From an uncultured Gammaproteobacteria bacterium (lineage in GTDB: Bacteria; Patescibacteriota; Microgenomatia; UBA8517; UBA10165): a stretch of 64,000 nt of DNA. The DNA lies in assembly GCA_964366515.1 (NCBI GenBank), contig CAYIUF010000001.1:51388-115387 (forward strand), written 5' to 3'. A program made the translations under genes and the position numbers. Under the pieces are notes generated by a model. It was not told the DNA's origin. It worked only from the letters and a program-made list of their open reading frames with translations, and ran no database searches. Positions 55,539 to 64,000 of this stretch are shown one piece after another; position 1 is the first letter of the stretch; the number at the start of each line of letters is the position of its first letter.

Positions 55539-55808
55539 TTAGTATTGTCGGTACTTGTCGTGCGTACCGATATCAAGAAGAATTGCAGTTGTTTTATCAA
55601 TCCACATAAAAAATATCCTGCTCCCTTTATCAATTCTTATTGTCCAATAACGGGAGCCTTTAAGCTTTTCTAAATTCAAGCTAGGATGCTTCGGGTTGCT
55701 TACAAACACACGGAGAGCTTTTGTAGTTCTATTAAGAAGTTCGAAGTTGTTTCTCAAAAACTTTCTCCTCTCATGCAAGTATTTTTGAGAATATTTTAAT
55801 TCGATCAC
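55539..55808 (-). CDS. RelE/ParE-superfamily toxin
   Basis: HPSLNLEKLKG..YWTIRI...RI....LLDIGTHD. Confidence 0.85.
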   Translation of the reverse strand: MIELKYSQKYLHERRKFLRNNFELLNRTTKALRVFVSNPKHPSLNLEKLKGSRYWTIRIDKGSRIFFMWIDKTTAILLDIGTHDKYRQY

Positions 55809-55811
55809 GCC

Positions 55812-56081
55812 TTAGAAGCCCGCTTCTTTTCTCATTTCCTCAAAATCAGCCTCTAGCTCTTCTGGTGTAGAAATCGACTTTATTTTCCCAGACCTATATT
55901 CCTTTAAGGCCTCATCCGCGACCGCGTCTAATTGAAGCTTTTCCAAAAGATTAAGGCCAATAATTGCCCCCTGGGGCCTATTATTAGACATAACAACAAT
56001 GGGTTCTTTGGATTTATTTGCCTGCTCCAAAACCTTTTTATACCCTCTTTGAATTTGTCTTGCTGAAATCGTTGCTAACAT
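55812..56081 (-). CDS. Phd/YefM-family antitoxin
   Basis: ISARQIQR...EPIVVM.NNRP; directly upstream of the toxin. Confidence 0.82.
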   Translation of the reverse strand: MLATISARQIQRGYKKVLEQANKSKEPIVVMSNNRPQGAIIGLNLLEKLQLDAVADEALKEYRSGKIKSISTPEELEADFEEMRKEAGF

Positions 56082-56129
56082 ATGTAATCATATTATCACA
56101 TATGTTAATGTATGTCAAGTTGACATACA
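56078..56129 (-). promoter_or_regulatory. TA promoter/operator
   Basis: Minus-strand TTGACA-17-TAATAT; ACATATGT boxes at 56078 and 56098; palindrome TGTATGTCAA-G-TTGACATACA. Confidence 0.65.
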
Positions 56130-56140
56130 ACAAGAGAACT

Positions 56141-56548
56141 TCATAAGTTCAAAATTAAGATAGAAAGTTGAAGTAGTGTGGCCAAAATGACCCAAGCCAA
56201 ATAAGGAACCTGTGCCCATGCAACAAAAGGTGAGTATTTATATATTGCCCGAATGCCCCAGACTATAGTCCCAAGGGCGACCAAAATGTCAATTGAAGCC
56301 AGAGGGACATTTTTTAAGCCAAAAAGAAGAGGAGTAAAAAGAAAATTGGCAATTAGATTTATAACAAACGGAGCCAAAACTTTCTTTGGAAACTTGCGAA
56401 TATAAACCTTGTAAAAGACATACCCAAAAGATAGAAAAATAACAGGATAAAGAACTCCCCAAATAGCTCCAATTGTTTCACCCGTTGGAGTCCAAGCAGG
56501 CTTTTCTAAAGCAGAGTACCATTCTTCCCAATTCCAAGAATCAAACAT
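56141..56548 (-). CDS. tspO: TspO/MBR family protein
   Basis: WYSALEKPAWTP...W..LY...PYLAWV. Confidence 0.9.
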   Translation of the reverse strand: MFDSWNWEEWYSALEKPAWTPTGETIGAIWGVLYPVIFLSFGYVFYKVYIRKFPKKVLAPFVINLIANFLFTPLLFGLKNVPLASIDILVALGTIVWGIRAIYKYSPFVAWAQVPYLAWVILATLLQLSILILNL

Positions 56549-56680
56549 AATTCGTCACCATTCTATATATTTAACTGAAACACAAACAGTAGATAAGTTC
56601 AATGGATCAAAGTCGAACGCGGACTAAGGATATCAAGCGGCGCTTTGGTGTGTTATTATACCTCGCCTCGCCAGACTTGG

Positions 56681-57469
56681 ATGTTCAAAGAAAGATTTAC
56701 AAGAAGACAAGGTTTTGAAAGGGTGGCTGGCGTTGCAGGTGCAGCAGTCCTTGCCCCCGAACTTATCCCCGTAAGAATAAAAATCTTAACTTACCACGCT
56801 TTATCCTCTCCTGACCAAATCTACAACGATGTAATTGCCTTGATGAGATACGATGCAAATCGCACTCCAAAAACAGGTTACTTTCCGACTGATTTAGATA
56901 CTGCCGTTAAACTAATATCCCACGAGGAATCAGCAGACCAACATTTTCTTGTAGTGACATGCGACGATGGCCTTAGCTCACAAATGGATAATGCAAGAGC
57001 TGCGGCAGAAAGAATCGAGAAAGAGACAGGCAGCCCTTGCCCTGTGGAGTTCTTTGTTTTAACAAAGCTTGAAAATTCCCCAGACCCTGTTGAGGAAATG
57101 CCTGATGAAACCCTCTCCTACTTTGATGGAAATGAGGGCAAGCATGCAAACCTGGGGCAGTTAAAGACTATTGCCCGCGCAGGTATTCACAAAATTAGAA
57201 ACCATACGGTAAACCACGCTACGCTGCCTAATTTAACAATAGACGCAAGAAATGGAGAAGTTGAAGATGGGGAGAAGAAAGTGTTGGCAATCTATAGATC
57301 TGTAAAGGCAAAAACTCCGAGGAAAAAAGTGTTCGCATATCCAAGAGGGGCATATGCAGGACAAATTGATTATATATTAAGCCATTACGATATGGCGGTA
57401 AGCACAGAAGCAAAGGAAGTACATTTTATTTCCGATATGGGGCATATAGGAAGAGAAGGAAAAAGTTAA
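56681..57469 (+). CDS. Polysaccharide deacetylase (NodB-like)
   Basis: ILTYH, VTCDDG, HTVNH, FAYPRG. Confidence 0.8.
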   Translation: MFKERFTRRQGFERVAGVAGAAVLAPELIPVRIKILTYHALSSPDQIYNDVIALMRYDANRTPKTGYFPTDLDTAVKLISHEESADQHFLVVTCDDGLSSQMDNARAAAERIEKETGSPCPVEFFVLTKLENSPDPVEEMPDETLSYFDGNEGKHANLGQLKTIARAGIHKIRNHTVNHATLPNLTIDARNGEVEDGEKKVLAIYRSVKAKTPRKKVFAYPRGAYAGQIDYILSHYDMAVSTEAKEVHFISDMGHIGREGKS

Positions 57470-57654
57470 ATAAGGGCGAGAAGAAACTTTAAAGCAACGA
57501 GTACTAAAAACGCGAGGACAAACAAACGAGCATAATATGGAAGTGTTTTAACTACTGGAATTGAATCAACCAAAGCAACTGATTTTCGGGTGTGATGAAC
57601 TACTCTCCTAGAAGTTCTTCTCTTTGCAACTTTTCTTTTCTTTCGGGCAGCCAT
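57466..57654 (-). CDS. Small basic protein with C-terminal TM
   Basis: R/K-rich N-terminus and hydrophobic tail. Confidence 0.6.
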   Translation of the reverse strand: MAARKKRKVAKRRTSRRVVHHTRKSVALVDSIPVVKTLPYYARLFVLAFLVLVALKFLLALI

Positions 57655-57725
57655 GTGTAACTAACTATCTCTTAAAGGAGACATAAATGTCAAGTGGTTA
57701 TTTAAAAAACTGATAGAATAATAAT

Positions 57726-58151
57726 ATGGGGAAAAAACACAAAAGACGCAGGAAAAAGATTTTGATACTCACAAAACCTGTGGTGCCTGAAAAACTAATC
57801 ACCCTCTCAAGAAGCATACCGTTGAATGCAGCCCAGCAGGATAGGATATCTTTCTCAGTTTTGAGAAATGTAAAAAATAAACTAAGAAAAATTGAAAACA
57901 TCTCTTATGAAATTAACATCGATGGTAATTGGGAGTGGGTTGTTCGGTATGACGACCACGGAGGCAAGGGGTCGCTACATAAGCACTATCGAGTTTCGCT
58001 AAAAGACAATAGTGAAGTTGAATCCTCTACAGGAATAAAAAAGTATAAAAACAAAGATTACGAATTGACTTGGGTATGCAAAGACATTAAGCACAATCAT
58101 CAGACATATCGTTCAAAGTTTCTAAAAGCACAGGGACTTGACTTGTATTAA
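57726..58151 (+). CDS. Putative toxin-like protein
   Basis: Basic; WVVRYDDH...LHKH pattern. Confidence 0.6.
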   Translation: MGKKHKRRRKKILILTKPVVPEKLITLSRSIPLNAAQQDRISFSVLRNVKNKLRKIENISYEINIDGNWEWVVRYDDHGGKGSLHKHYRVSLKDNSEVESSTGIKKYKNKDYELTWVCKDIKHNHQTYRSKFLKAQGLDLY

Positions 58152-58206
58152 TCAAAAAACTACAGTATTATTACGATCCTCCCACACATAGACTGTAAAA
58201 GAAAAT

Positions 58207-58461
58207 ATGGGCACAAAGCTTCAAACTGAAAAGAATATAGATTTAACACACAAACTGATTGACTACTTGGTGAACGGCAAAGCTGTTCCTGAGCTACCAC
58301 AGGATGTGTCATTTGTCCCCTTTTCCAAAACTGACAAAAAACTTAATAAGGTAAATAACGAGCTGCTTGTAGCTATTTCCAAACAGGAGAAACCAGTCGC
58401 AATCGCTGAAGAACCGAAGTCTAGCGCAGAACCTTGGAAAATAACCCCGGTAAATTTTTAA
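58207..58461 (+). CDS. Putative antitoxin-like small protein (DUF5647-like)
   Basis: LIDYLV....PELPQDVSFV....D..LN..N; own promoter TTGACT-17-TACAGT at 58138-58166. Confidence 0.55.
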   Translation: MGTKLQTEKNIDLTHKLIDYLVNGKAVPELPQDVSFVPFSKTDKKLNKVNNELLVAISKQEKPVAIAEEPKSSAEPWKITPVNF

Positions 58462-61127
58462 CCCCCATTCTCAATGATTTCGATCTCCGATGGAGTAAGG
58501 CCGTAGAGTTTATAAACTTCTTGGTCAATTTTTTTATCAGCCTTTTCAATTTCCGAATTTACCAAATTCCACCTCTCAGAATTTCTTTCTAATGATTCCA
58601 GTTGCTTATTTAAGGACAGTATTTTTTCTGAAAGCTGCATAATCGCTTTGCTATCACCTGAAGAGGGTTCAATAATAGGAAATTTATCTAGATGCAGGTT
58701 TTTAAGTTGTGGCGTACTATTTCGATTAGTTACAGCAAAATTTTTGTAATAAATGTTAATGAGTTTTGAATTTAGAATAGCCAACAATAATAGTAGCTTA
58801 TCTCTCTCTACCCCATAAATAAAATACAAAGATTGTTCAGGATAAATACCAGAATCATCAAAAGTCGCTATAATATCGGATCCTGTCTTTCTAAGCAAAA
58901 TTTTATTTTTTACAGATAGTTTACTTTCATCTCGAGTTCTTCCGGTCAAATTTTTATCTGTGAAATTAAACCAATAAAATCCCTTAACCAAGTATCGTCC
59001 AATATTTTCACCCTTTATTATTCTAATTTCTTTTTCACTTTGTTTATTCAAGTGAATTTCAGTTGTCTTTGCACCGCAGCCTGAAGTAGATTCGGCAACC
59101 TGCGATAACAATTTTATCGATGGTTTTGCAAAGATTCTTTCAAATAGATTTTGTATCTTTTGATCGATATAGAAGAAGCTTTTATCATCTTGCTGATCAA
59201 ATACCTTCTGTACGATTTTTGAGTATCCTTGATTTTTATAGTCCCCAATCTCAATTATTTCTCGCAGCCCTGGTTTACTTTTTTGCAATACAAAAATCAT
59301 CGTGTCGGCAATAACGCCAGGAAAGTCAACATTAAAAAGTAGGTGTTTCAGTGTGAAGTTTTGTAAAATATGCTTTCTGAGTTCGACAAATTGCTGGTTA
59401 GAAGCGAGTCTGTCTGGAATAATAAAGCTAAAATACCCATCTTTTTTTAGTAACTCTAGACTCTTGTATATAAACATTTCGTACAAATTTGGCGCATATG
59501 TGTTGGACTTATATTTTTGCGTTAGAAACTCAATTTCTTTTTTAATGAAGTCATCACTTCTAAACTTTCCGCTCATTGATACCCATGGCGGATTCCCAAT
59601 CACAACATCAAAGCCTCCTTGTTTAAAAACCTCTGGGAACTCTTCCTCCCAAATGAAAGGCCTCTTTTCTCGATAATTTATCCCATAAACCGACCTTAGC
59701 TCAGTATCAGTTCCTGAGATCAAAGAGTTTCCGTTCTTAATATTTTTATCTAGGTTTGGTAACTTAAGTTTGCTGTCTAGAGCAAACAAGAGTAGGTTAA
59801 GTCGAGCAATTTCAATAGCTTGTGTGTCAAGGTCGACTCCGTAAATATTCTCCATAAGAATGGTTAGTTTTGTGAAAGTTCCCATAGGGCTTCCGAAGTC
59901 TAAGTGTTTCTGGTAAATAAAATTTGCTGCTTTAATCAAGAATGAACCCGAACCACAGGCAGGATCCAACACTTTTATTTTCTTTAGATCATTTATACTT
60001 TCACATTTATCCAAAACTGGTCCCAAGGTGTTTTTAACGATATAATCCACGACATAGTCGGGCGTGTAATAGATGCCCTGATCTTTTCTTTTCTTTGCAT
60101 CTTTATTAAGTGTGAGCCCTTTTTTTGATTTAAACAGTCTATAACCTAAATAGTTTTCATAAACACCACCAAGAACATCTGAGGGAATAACTTTAAAATC
60201 ATATTCGTAATACCCTTGTTTTCCCTGAAGTATTCGGAAAACCCTCTCAGTTGTGTTGTTCCAGTCTTCCCAGTCCTCAAGGGGATGCTCTGAAAATAAG
60301 TTTGAATCGTATATTTCATCCAACTCTCTAAACTTTGCAATCATAGATTTATATAATGGTATTTCATTACGAGTTTTACTGTTCTCCCAGTCTCGTATAA
60401 GCGGTATTAACGTTGGTGGTTCAATGCCTCGATCTTCTGCCACACGAATAAAAATTAGCCTATCTAAAAGTTTCTGTACACCTTCATCTAGCAGTTCATC
60501 GTCCACGTCGGGATTCATTTGTCCCAGTTTTTCTATTAATAGTTCTCGACACAAGGTAAGGTCTTTATACAAGGAAGAAGTAACAGAAACACGTTGAAGC
60601 TTTTTACCTATTTTTTCGGCTTCTTTATCAATTAGATTTTTTACAAACGCTTCTTTAGACAACAGCCATAGTTGGTCAAAGCGTTCTAGGTAATCGGTAT
60701 ATGGAATTTCGAAGTATAACTTGTCTGATAAATGGCTATCTATTACTTGAGCATTGAATACCTTTAGGCTTTCAAAGTCAGTGAGCACAGCCCATGTTGC
60801 GCCCTTATTCCAGGAGTATTTGATTGCTTGATTTGCATATTCTTCCCTGTGAAGGTCGCTCTTTAGGGGTTTAGCCTCCAAGTAGAATTTAAGTCTATTG
60901 CTTACATAAAACCCGAAATCAACACGACCATTTGATTGATGCTCCTCGGCAGTAACCTCACTCCTATCCGCAGTGTCCCAGCCAAGTGCATCGAATAAGG
61001 GACGGATGAAGCCATTCTTTGTGTCTTCCTCGGTGTATTTGTTTATATCCCCCGACTTCTTAACCAATTCATACTTTTCTATTAACTGCCTCACTTTCTC
61101 TCGCGCAGAGTGCATTGAATCATTCAT
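58458..61127 (-). CDS. Type IIG-like restriction-modification enzyme (nuclease, N6-MTase, TRD)
   Basis: EEDT..RVDF..LEAK..QA..Y nuclease, GIYYTP, DPACGSG, GNPPW, TaqI-like C-terminus; AT-rich. Confidence 0.9.
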   Translation of the reverse strand: MNDSMHSAREKVRQLIEKYELVKKSGDINKYTEEDTKNGFIRPLFDALGWDTADRSEVTAEEHQSNGRVDFGFYVSNRLKFYLEAKPLKSDLHREEYANQAIKYSWNKGATWAVLTDFESLKVFNAQVIDSHLSDKLYFEIPYTDYLERFDQLWLLSKEAFVKNLIDKEAEKIGKKLQRVSVTSSLYKDLTLCRELLIEKLGQMNPDVDDELLDEGVQKLLDRLIFIRVAEDRGIEPPTLIPLIRDWENSKTRNEIPLYKSMIAKFRELDEIYDSNLFSEHPLEDWEDWNNTTERVFRILQGKQGYYEYDFKVIPSDVLGGVYENYLGYRLFKSKKGLTLNKDAKKRKDQGIYYTPDYVVDYIVKNTLGPVLDKCESINDLKKIKVLDPACGSGSFLIKAANFIYQKHLDFGSPMGTFTKLTILMENIYGVDLDTQAIEIARLNLLLFALDSKLKLPNLDKNIKNGNSLISGTDTELRSVYGINYREKRPFIWEEEFPEVFKQGGFDVVIGNPPWVSMSGKFRSDDFIKKEIEFLTQKYKSNTYAPNLYEMFIYKSLELLKKDGYFSFIIPDRLASNQQFVELRKHILQNFTLKHLLFNVDFPGVIADTMIFVLQKSKPGLREIIEIGDYKNQGYSKIVQKVFDQQDDKSFFYIDQKIQNLFERIFAKPSIKLLSQVAESTSGCGAKTTEIHLNKQSEKEIRIIKGENIGRYLVKGFYWFNFTDKNLTGRTRDESKLSVKNKILLRKTGSDIIATFDDSGIYPEQSLYFIYGVERDKLLLLLAILNSKLINIYYKNFAVTNRNSTPQLKNLHLDKFPIIEPSSGDSKAIMQLSEKILSLNKQLESLERNSERWNLVNSEIEKADKKIDQEVYKLYGLTPSEIEIIENGG

Positions 61128-61171
61128 AATGAGTTAGAGAATTTTAGCAGAAAACCAGCCTTAAATATATC

Positions 61172-61978
61172 TTATAGATAGGAGGTCTGAGCAGCGACCC
61201 TTTTTAATTCGGTAAACCGACTTTGAGCCATCTCCAAGTATTTCGGATCAGAATCAATCCCCACAAAACTTCTGCCATACAAACTAGCAACAACCCCAGT
61301 TGTCCCACTCCCACAAAACGGATCTAAAATCGAATCACCTTTTCTTGTGCAAGACAAAATAATTCTCTTTAACAACTCTTGGGGTTTTTGGGTTGGATGC
61401 TTTCCAAACTTTCTTTCAATTAAACCTGGTGCATGTATTGCCCAGACAGAACCCATTTGTTCTCCCTGTTTTTTCAAAAAATCCTGCCCCCAGTCAGTCT
61501 TTTTTAAATACTCGTATGAAAACTTATGTTTCGCAATCTTTTCTTTCTTTGCCCAAATTAGGGACTCATGTTGGGCTTTAAACATTCTGCCCGAAATGTT
61601 ATCCGCAGATTTTGGTTTATACCAAGCAATCTCGTTTAATATGTGGAAACCTTCCAGTTCAAGTGCATACCCGCATTTGTAGATATTATGGTATGTTCCG
61701 GACAGCCATATTGTGCCGTCTGGCTTTAATAACCTTCGGCACTCACTTATCCACTTTTTGTGGAACTTAAAATCTTCCTCTACTCCTTCGGACTTATCCC
61801 ACCCTCCTTTGTTTACAGAAACTAACCTCCCAGACTCACTTGTAAATCCGCCATTCGACAATCTGTAGGGAGGATCAGCATAAATCATGTCAAAACTGTC
61901 TGCGGGAAGTTGAGGGAGAATTTCTAAACTATTACCGTGATATAACGTAAATCTGTCCTTTTGAAAATAGGGGTTCAT
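61172..61978 (-). CDS. Site-specific DNA methyltransferase (beta class N6A/N4C, DpnA-like)
   Basis: DPPY precedes HPTQKP and DPFCGSGTT. Confidence 0.92.
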   Translation of the reverse strand: MNPYFQKDRFTLYHGNSLEILPQLPADSFDMIYADPPYRLSNGGFTSESGRLVSVNKGGWDKSEGVEEDFKFHKKWISECRRLLKPDGTIWLSGTYHNIYKCGYALELEGFHILNEIAWYKPKSADNISGRMFKAQHESLIWAKKEKIAKHKFSYEYLKKTDWGQDFLKKQGEQMGSVWAIHAPGLIERKFGKHPTQKPQELLKRIILSCTRKGDSILDPFCGSGTTGVVASLYGRSFVGIDSDPKYLEMAQSRFTELKRVAAQTSYL

Positions 61979-62017
61979 CTTGGTCGGGACAGATTACCCA
62001 GATGATATACTCGGGCA

Positions 62018-62650
62018 ATGGAGAAGACAATCAGGGATTTTGTAGATAAACTCGCAAAAACAAAAGCCCCAGAAAACGCAGTGAATATGTTCTCATTTGA
62101 CGTTGCCCAAAACGAAACGCGCAGAAACAATTTGTATTTGTATCTTTCTCAAATGGCCGAAAAGAAGCCTGAGGTACTATTAGTAGGAGAAGCCCCGGGA
62201 TATCAGGGCATGCGTTGGACCGGCATGCCGTTTGGATCTGAATACCACATTCTCCGTGGCATTCCCGAAATTGGAATGTTCGGAGAAGAAAGAGGATACA
62301 AAAAAACTGACGAATGGGACAAGGTTTGGAAAGAACCCTCCTCAACAATCGTCTGGGGGACCATGAAAAGTATTACGAACGTTCCGCTAATTTGGGCTTC
62401 TTACCCATATCACCCACACCAGAGTGGAAAACCCCTAACAAACCGTGCCCCCTCAAATATCGAGCTAGAAATAGGCCGACCATTTTTGGCGGACTTGATA
62501 GAAATCTACAAAATCAAGAAAGTTTTAGCAGTTGGCTATAAAGCAGTTACAACTTTGGGTAAAATGGGAATTGAAGCTCCATATATAAGGCACCCATCCC
62601 ATGGCGGAGCAAAACTATTTGCCGAAGGGATCAGATTTCATTTGGACTAA
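62018..62650 (+). CDS. Uracil-DNA glycosylase superfamily protein
   Basis: LLVGEAPGYQG..TGMPF, NRAP, IRHPSHGG. Confidence 0.88.
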   Translation: MEKTIRDFVDKLAKTKAPENAVNMFSFDVAQNETRRNNLYLYLSQMAEKKPEVLLVGEAPGYQGMRWTGMPFGSEYHILRGIPEIGMFGEERGYKKTDEWDKVWKEPSSTIVWGTMKSITNVPLIWASYPYHPHQSGKPLTNRAPSNIELEIGRPFLADLIEIYKIKKVLAVGYKAVTTLGKMGIEAPYIRHPSHGGAKLFAEGIRFHLD

Positions 62651-64000
62651 GGAAGTTTTTCCAAGGGGTTTGTTCTCCACCCACGAAATACGATGTAGTT
62701 TATTGGATCTCTAATCTCAAAAACTAATTCTAAATTGTGTTCTTTCGCTTGCCCAGGAGAAATTGCAAGTTCATCTCCTACAATAATCTGTGCCCTTAAT
62801 GGATCTTTTCCCCAATCAAGGTTTCTGGTCTCAATGTTTGCGAATTTATAATAGTCATCAAAAAACAAATCTGTGTAATATCTATCCTTTATTCCTTTGT
62901 CGGTTTCCATTTGAAATTTATCTGGAGGATATTGGAGATGGAATGCTAACATTACGTATGCAGGTTTTATTCTTGAACGCTCAATTAAAAAATGAGCATT
63001 CGGCCTTTTTTTGATTTCTTCGGCAAGCTGTTGGAAACCATAACCCCAAACCTTTGCCCTTTCTGCAGGCAGGAAAACAAAATATGATCTCCAAAGAAGA
63101 ACTAAAGACCCAAGTATTAATAGAATTGCCAAAGAAAGCCAAAGTTTAATCTGCCTTCCTGCAATTAGCTTATCTATTCCAAGTGTTGTAATTGCGATTA
63201 TGGGCAAAACAAGTGGAAACGCTCTATGCGAGGCAAACGGGTCACGGGTTAATGCAGCAGGCAGGGGAGAAATCAGCATAAGCATTATCAAAACCCGATA
63301 AATCATCTCTTTTCTTCTCTTCCATAAAAAATACAACCCAACTAAATATGGAATAGCCATCCACGGGTAAAAAACAGCCAGTTCAGGCATAGATCTTTGG
63401 AGATCAGGGTCCGGAATAAAAAACAGAGGCCCTGGGGAAAAATATTGAATATAATTTGCCAGAAATTCACGCAGAAAACCTAAAAGTATAGAAACCTGCA
63501 TAGGCAGAAAATGTGCTATCTTTTCTGCCTGGGATGCAACTGTTGCTGAAAAGAGACTCTTCTTTGGGAAGAAAGCCGGAGTAAACAAAATAGTAAGATG
63601 TGGAATTTGTGTGATGAGGCCCACCGCAAAGGCCGGGATTAATTCAAATTTTTTTATCTTTGAAAATAAATCTTTTCTAAAGAGGAGTGTGAAACCAATT
63701 ACGTACAGCGGCGCCAGGAAGCGCTCAGTATATGCTGTATAGGAAGAAGCAGAAAGAAAAAAAATACTTAGAGCAAAAAGTGCCGGCCTTTTTAAACCCC
63801 AGATAGAAAACAAAACCCCCAAGCAAAAAAACAAGAAGGCCAAGCCAACCTCATCTCCAAGGCGGCTATACAAAACTACCCATGGAGATATTGTAAAGAG
63901 TAAAGTTCCAAGAAGAACTGAAGTTTTGTTTATTTTTAAAAGCCTCAGGAACAAAAAAGTAGTGACAATCAAAAGAAGTCCCGTCAAAGCCGCAACAAAC
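62647..64000 (-). CDS. GT-C membrane glycosyltransferase, truncated by the window edge
   Basis: Multi-TM ORF open to the end of the window; ISPW...SR pattern as in ArnT-like proteins. Confidence 0.75.
   Translation of the reverse strand, partial: FVAALTGLLLIVTTFLFLRLLKINKTSVLLGTLLFTISPWVVLYSRLGDEVGLAFLFFCLGVLFSIWGLKRPALFALSIFFLSASSYTAYTERFLAPLYVIGFTLLFRKDLFSKIKKFELIPAFAVGLITQIPHLTILFTPAFFPKKSLFSATVASQAEKIAHFLPMQVSILLGFLREFLANYIQYFSPGPLFFIPDPDLQRSMPELAVFYPWMAIPYLVGLYFLWKRRKEMIYRVLIMLMLISPLPAALTRDPFASHRAFPLVLPIIAITTLGIDKLIAGRQIKLWLSLAILLILGSLVLLWRSYFVFLPAERAKVWGYGFQQLAEEIKKRPNAHFLIERSRIKPAYVMLAFHLQYPPDKFQMETDKGIKDRYYTDLFFDDYYKFANIETRNLDWGKDPLRAQIIVGDELAISPGQAKEHNLELVFEIRDPINYIVFRGWRTNPLEKLP

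Noticed and set aside
103-63014. Many short opposite-strand or alternate-frame ORFs in the track
   Set aside because: They are shadows of well-supported genes and show no motifs or start signals.
1-64000. CRISPR array, integrase, reverse transcriptase or full transposase
   Set aside because: No regularly spaced 25-45 bp repeats and no such ORFs were seen; the Cas4-like gene has no cas neighbours.
1-64000. Alternative genetic code (UGA read as Gly, as in some CPR lineages)
   Set aside because: TGA ends recognisable full-length genes (aspS, lysS, serS, ftsX), long ORFs are uninterrupted, and RF2 is present.

Overview
Chromosomal window of a reduced-genome bacterium. Gene content and style suggest Patescibacteria/CPR, probably Microgenomates-like; this is an inference from class I LysRS, archaeal-type AspRS, a short GluRS, many GT-C glycosyltransferases and mostly leaderless genes. 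The standard code 11 is used. The housekeeping backbone includes aspS (3' end), gltX, lon, greA, lysS, serS, rarA, secA, proS, tgt, prfB, ftsEX, tsaE/B, trmD, tRNA-Gln(CUG) and tRNA-Glu(CUC). Accessory content: a GC-rich pyrF-pyrE islet, a putative LexA-boxed Y-family polymerase operon, topoisomerase IB, a 10-kb cluster of alternating GT2/GT-C glycosyltransferases, and a defence/repair region (AlkA, solo Cas4-like nuclease, one clear and one putative toxin-antitoxin pair, type IIG-like RM enzyme, orphan MTase, UDG). There are also many small palindromic repeat or MITE-like elements. No CRISPR array, integrase, reverse transcriptase or intact transposase was seen. Best leads: (i) a promoter-driven, five-hairpin ~240-nt RNA ahead of two orphan genes at 41.2-42.1 kb; (ii) a shared boxA-like leader motif on three GC-rich, SD-led cassettes in an otherwise leaderless genome; (iii) a circularly permuted M23 peptidase downstream of ftsEX; (iv) a small putative partner subunit of the Y-family polymerase; (v) a ~100-bp IS200/IS605-like ends-only element. 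All family calls come from motif recognition by eye, not database searches.
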